DNA of 64,000 bases from Tubiluchus corallicola (lineage: Eukaryota > Animalia > Priapulida): contig JAQGDQ010000031.1 of the NCBI GenBank assembly GCA_030141605.1, positions 806,001-870,000 of the forward strand, given 5' to 3'. The translations under genes and the position numbers were made by a program. Under the pieces are notes generated by a model. That model was given only the letters and a program-made list of their open reading frames with translations, did not search any database and was not told the origin of the DNA. Shown piece after piece: positions 62,725 through 64,000 of the stretch; the first letter of the stretch is position 1; each line of letters begins with the position of its first letter.

Positions 62725-63639
62725 AAGCATTTTTTATATGATAGGGCTTTTACAACTTTTGAAGTAAGAATCTACGGTAATATGCGGTAATGAGTGGAAA
62801 AAGAAAAAGGGTAAAAAAGATTTAATGGAAAAGAAATAATTCTAGTGGAATGATGTAAGATGAAAGAACAATTTATTTGACACATGCAAATCAGAAGAGT
62901 ATAATATACAATGCTGACAATAATAGTTGCTTAAGTGTGGGAGTAGCTTCATGACTGCAAGCAGTTTCAAGGAAGCTACCCTTCAGTAGAAAAGTGACAG
63001 GATCCATATTAAATTTGCTTACTTGGACGATTTTCCATCTTATGTTTCAGCAATGGAACTCAGTTTTTGCTTTAAAATTTGATTGAATTTTTAGTGACTA
63101 CATAGTTTGTTTTTTTTTTCTTAATTTTTTTCACTGTACTGTTACATAATCAATTATGGTTTCTGTTTTTCACTGAACTTGATACATTTATCAATGCTGA
63201 ATATTTGGTGCTTATATTTTTTTTAAATACTAGTATTCTTGTTTGATGAGATGCCATTGGCCTTTAAGACTGATTTTCAATCAGTTTAATTTACTTTGTC
63301 ATTGAAACCTTCATAATCACCACTATTATGCAGAGTGTGAGCAAACTTTCCTTGGTTCATATTTATAGCAAAATTTCTTGATTCTCACATAATGCAGAAC
63401 TTTATTTGTTTATTCTCCTTAAACATAATTATCTGGCTTAATAACTCGTTAGCCTTACAAGATTAGGTGACGAAACAGAAATGGTGCATAGCCCTGGGCA
63501 GGCTAGGGACAGCAGTTTGATGACCTCTAATCTCTGGTCAAGGGGTAGGGGCTGTGTCGTTCTGTTTTTCCATTACTTCGCATCTCCTTCACATGTATTT
63601 AGGTATTGTGGGGTAGGTGTCCAGCGGTGACTTTAAAAA

Positions 63640-64000
63640 TTAGGGATTCCTTAACGGCCGGAGATATAACCCAAAATCAGAAAACAGGGCTATCTATGTC
63701 TGTAACTCCATAAGCATAAGACATATAACAAAATTTGCAGGGTAGACGCTTGAGTTAGGTGCTCAGAGAATAGTATAGGAAAGGCGACCTCTGGGTCAAA
63801 GGTCACAGCAAAGTACTGCAAATGACTTTGTCACTAAGCTGTTTTTATATTAGGAGACTGTTTTTGCATGTATGGATATCTAAGAAGAGGTAGATATGCA
63901 CTAAGAAAGTGGATGTGGCCAGGTCACATGACATGGGCATAAGTGTTAAAACAGGGCTTGTTAATAATTAGGAAACTAAATGAAATTTGTAGGTAGATAT
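63640..64000. repeat. Unclassified interspersed repeat, running off the window edge
   Basis: aaaatttgcagggt, ggtcaaaggtca, ggtcacatgac and tgaaatttgtagg motifs resemble invertebrate non-autonomous repeats; ends not determined. Confidence 0.35.

Overview
AT-rich animal (invertebrate-like) nuclear DNA with spliceosomal introns; no prokaryotic features. I assembled five intron-containing genes by hand, checking splice sites and phases. They are RALBP1/RLIP76 (+, 5'-partial, ends 7994), AGPS (-, 16 coding exons, 588 aa, ends in SKL, one GC-AG intron), YDJC (+, 5 coding exons), an ETNPPL/PHYKPL-type class III PLP enzyme (+, 11 exons) and STOML1 (-, 7 coding exons, SPFH plus SCP2). Introns and the gene-free last 10 kb hold many non-autonomous DNA transposons (TTAA/Kolobok-like, hAT with 8-bp TSDs, TA/Tc1-pogo-like, a 2.7-kb element with a 9-bp TSD). 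They also hold decayed CR1, RTE and Penelope-like fragments, two long hairpins and microsatellites. The most unusual item is an orphan antisense exon between AGPS and YDJC (about 25101-25837). It encodes two copies of VKQTARKSF, containing histone H3 residues K4-S10, and the copies differ only at synonymous positions. All family calls rest on recalled motifs, not database searches.
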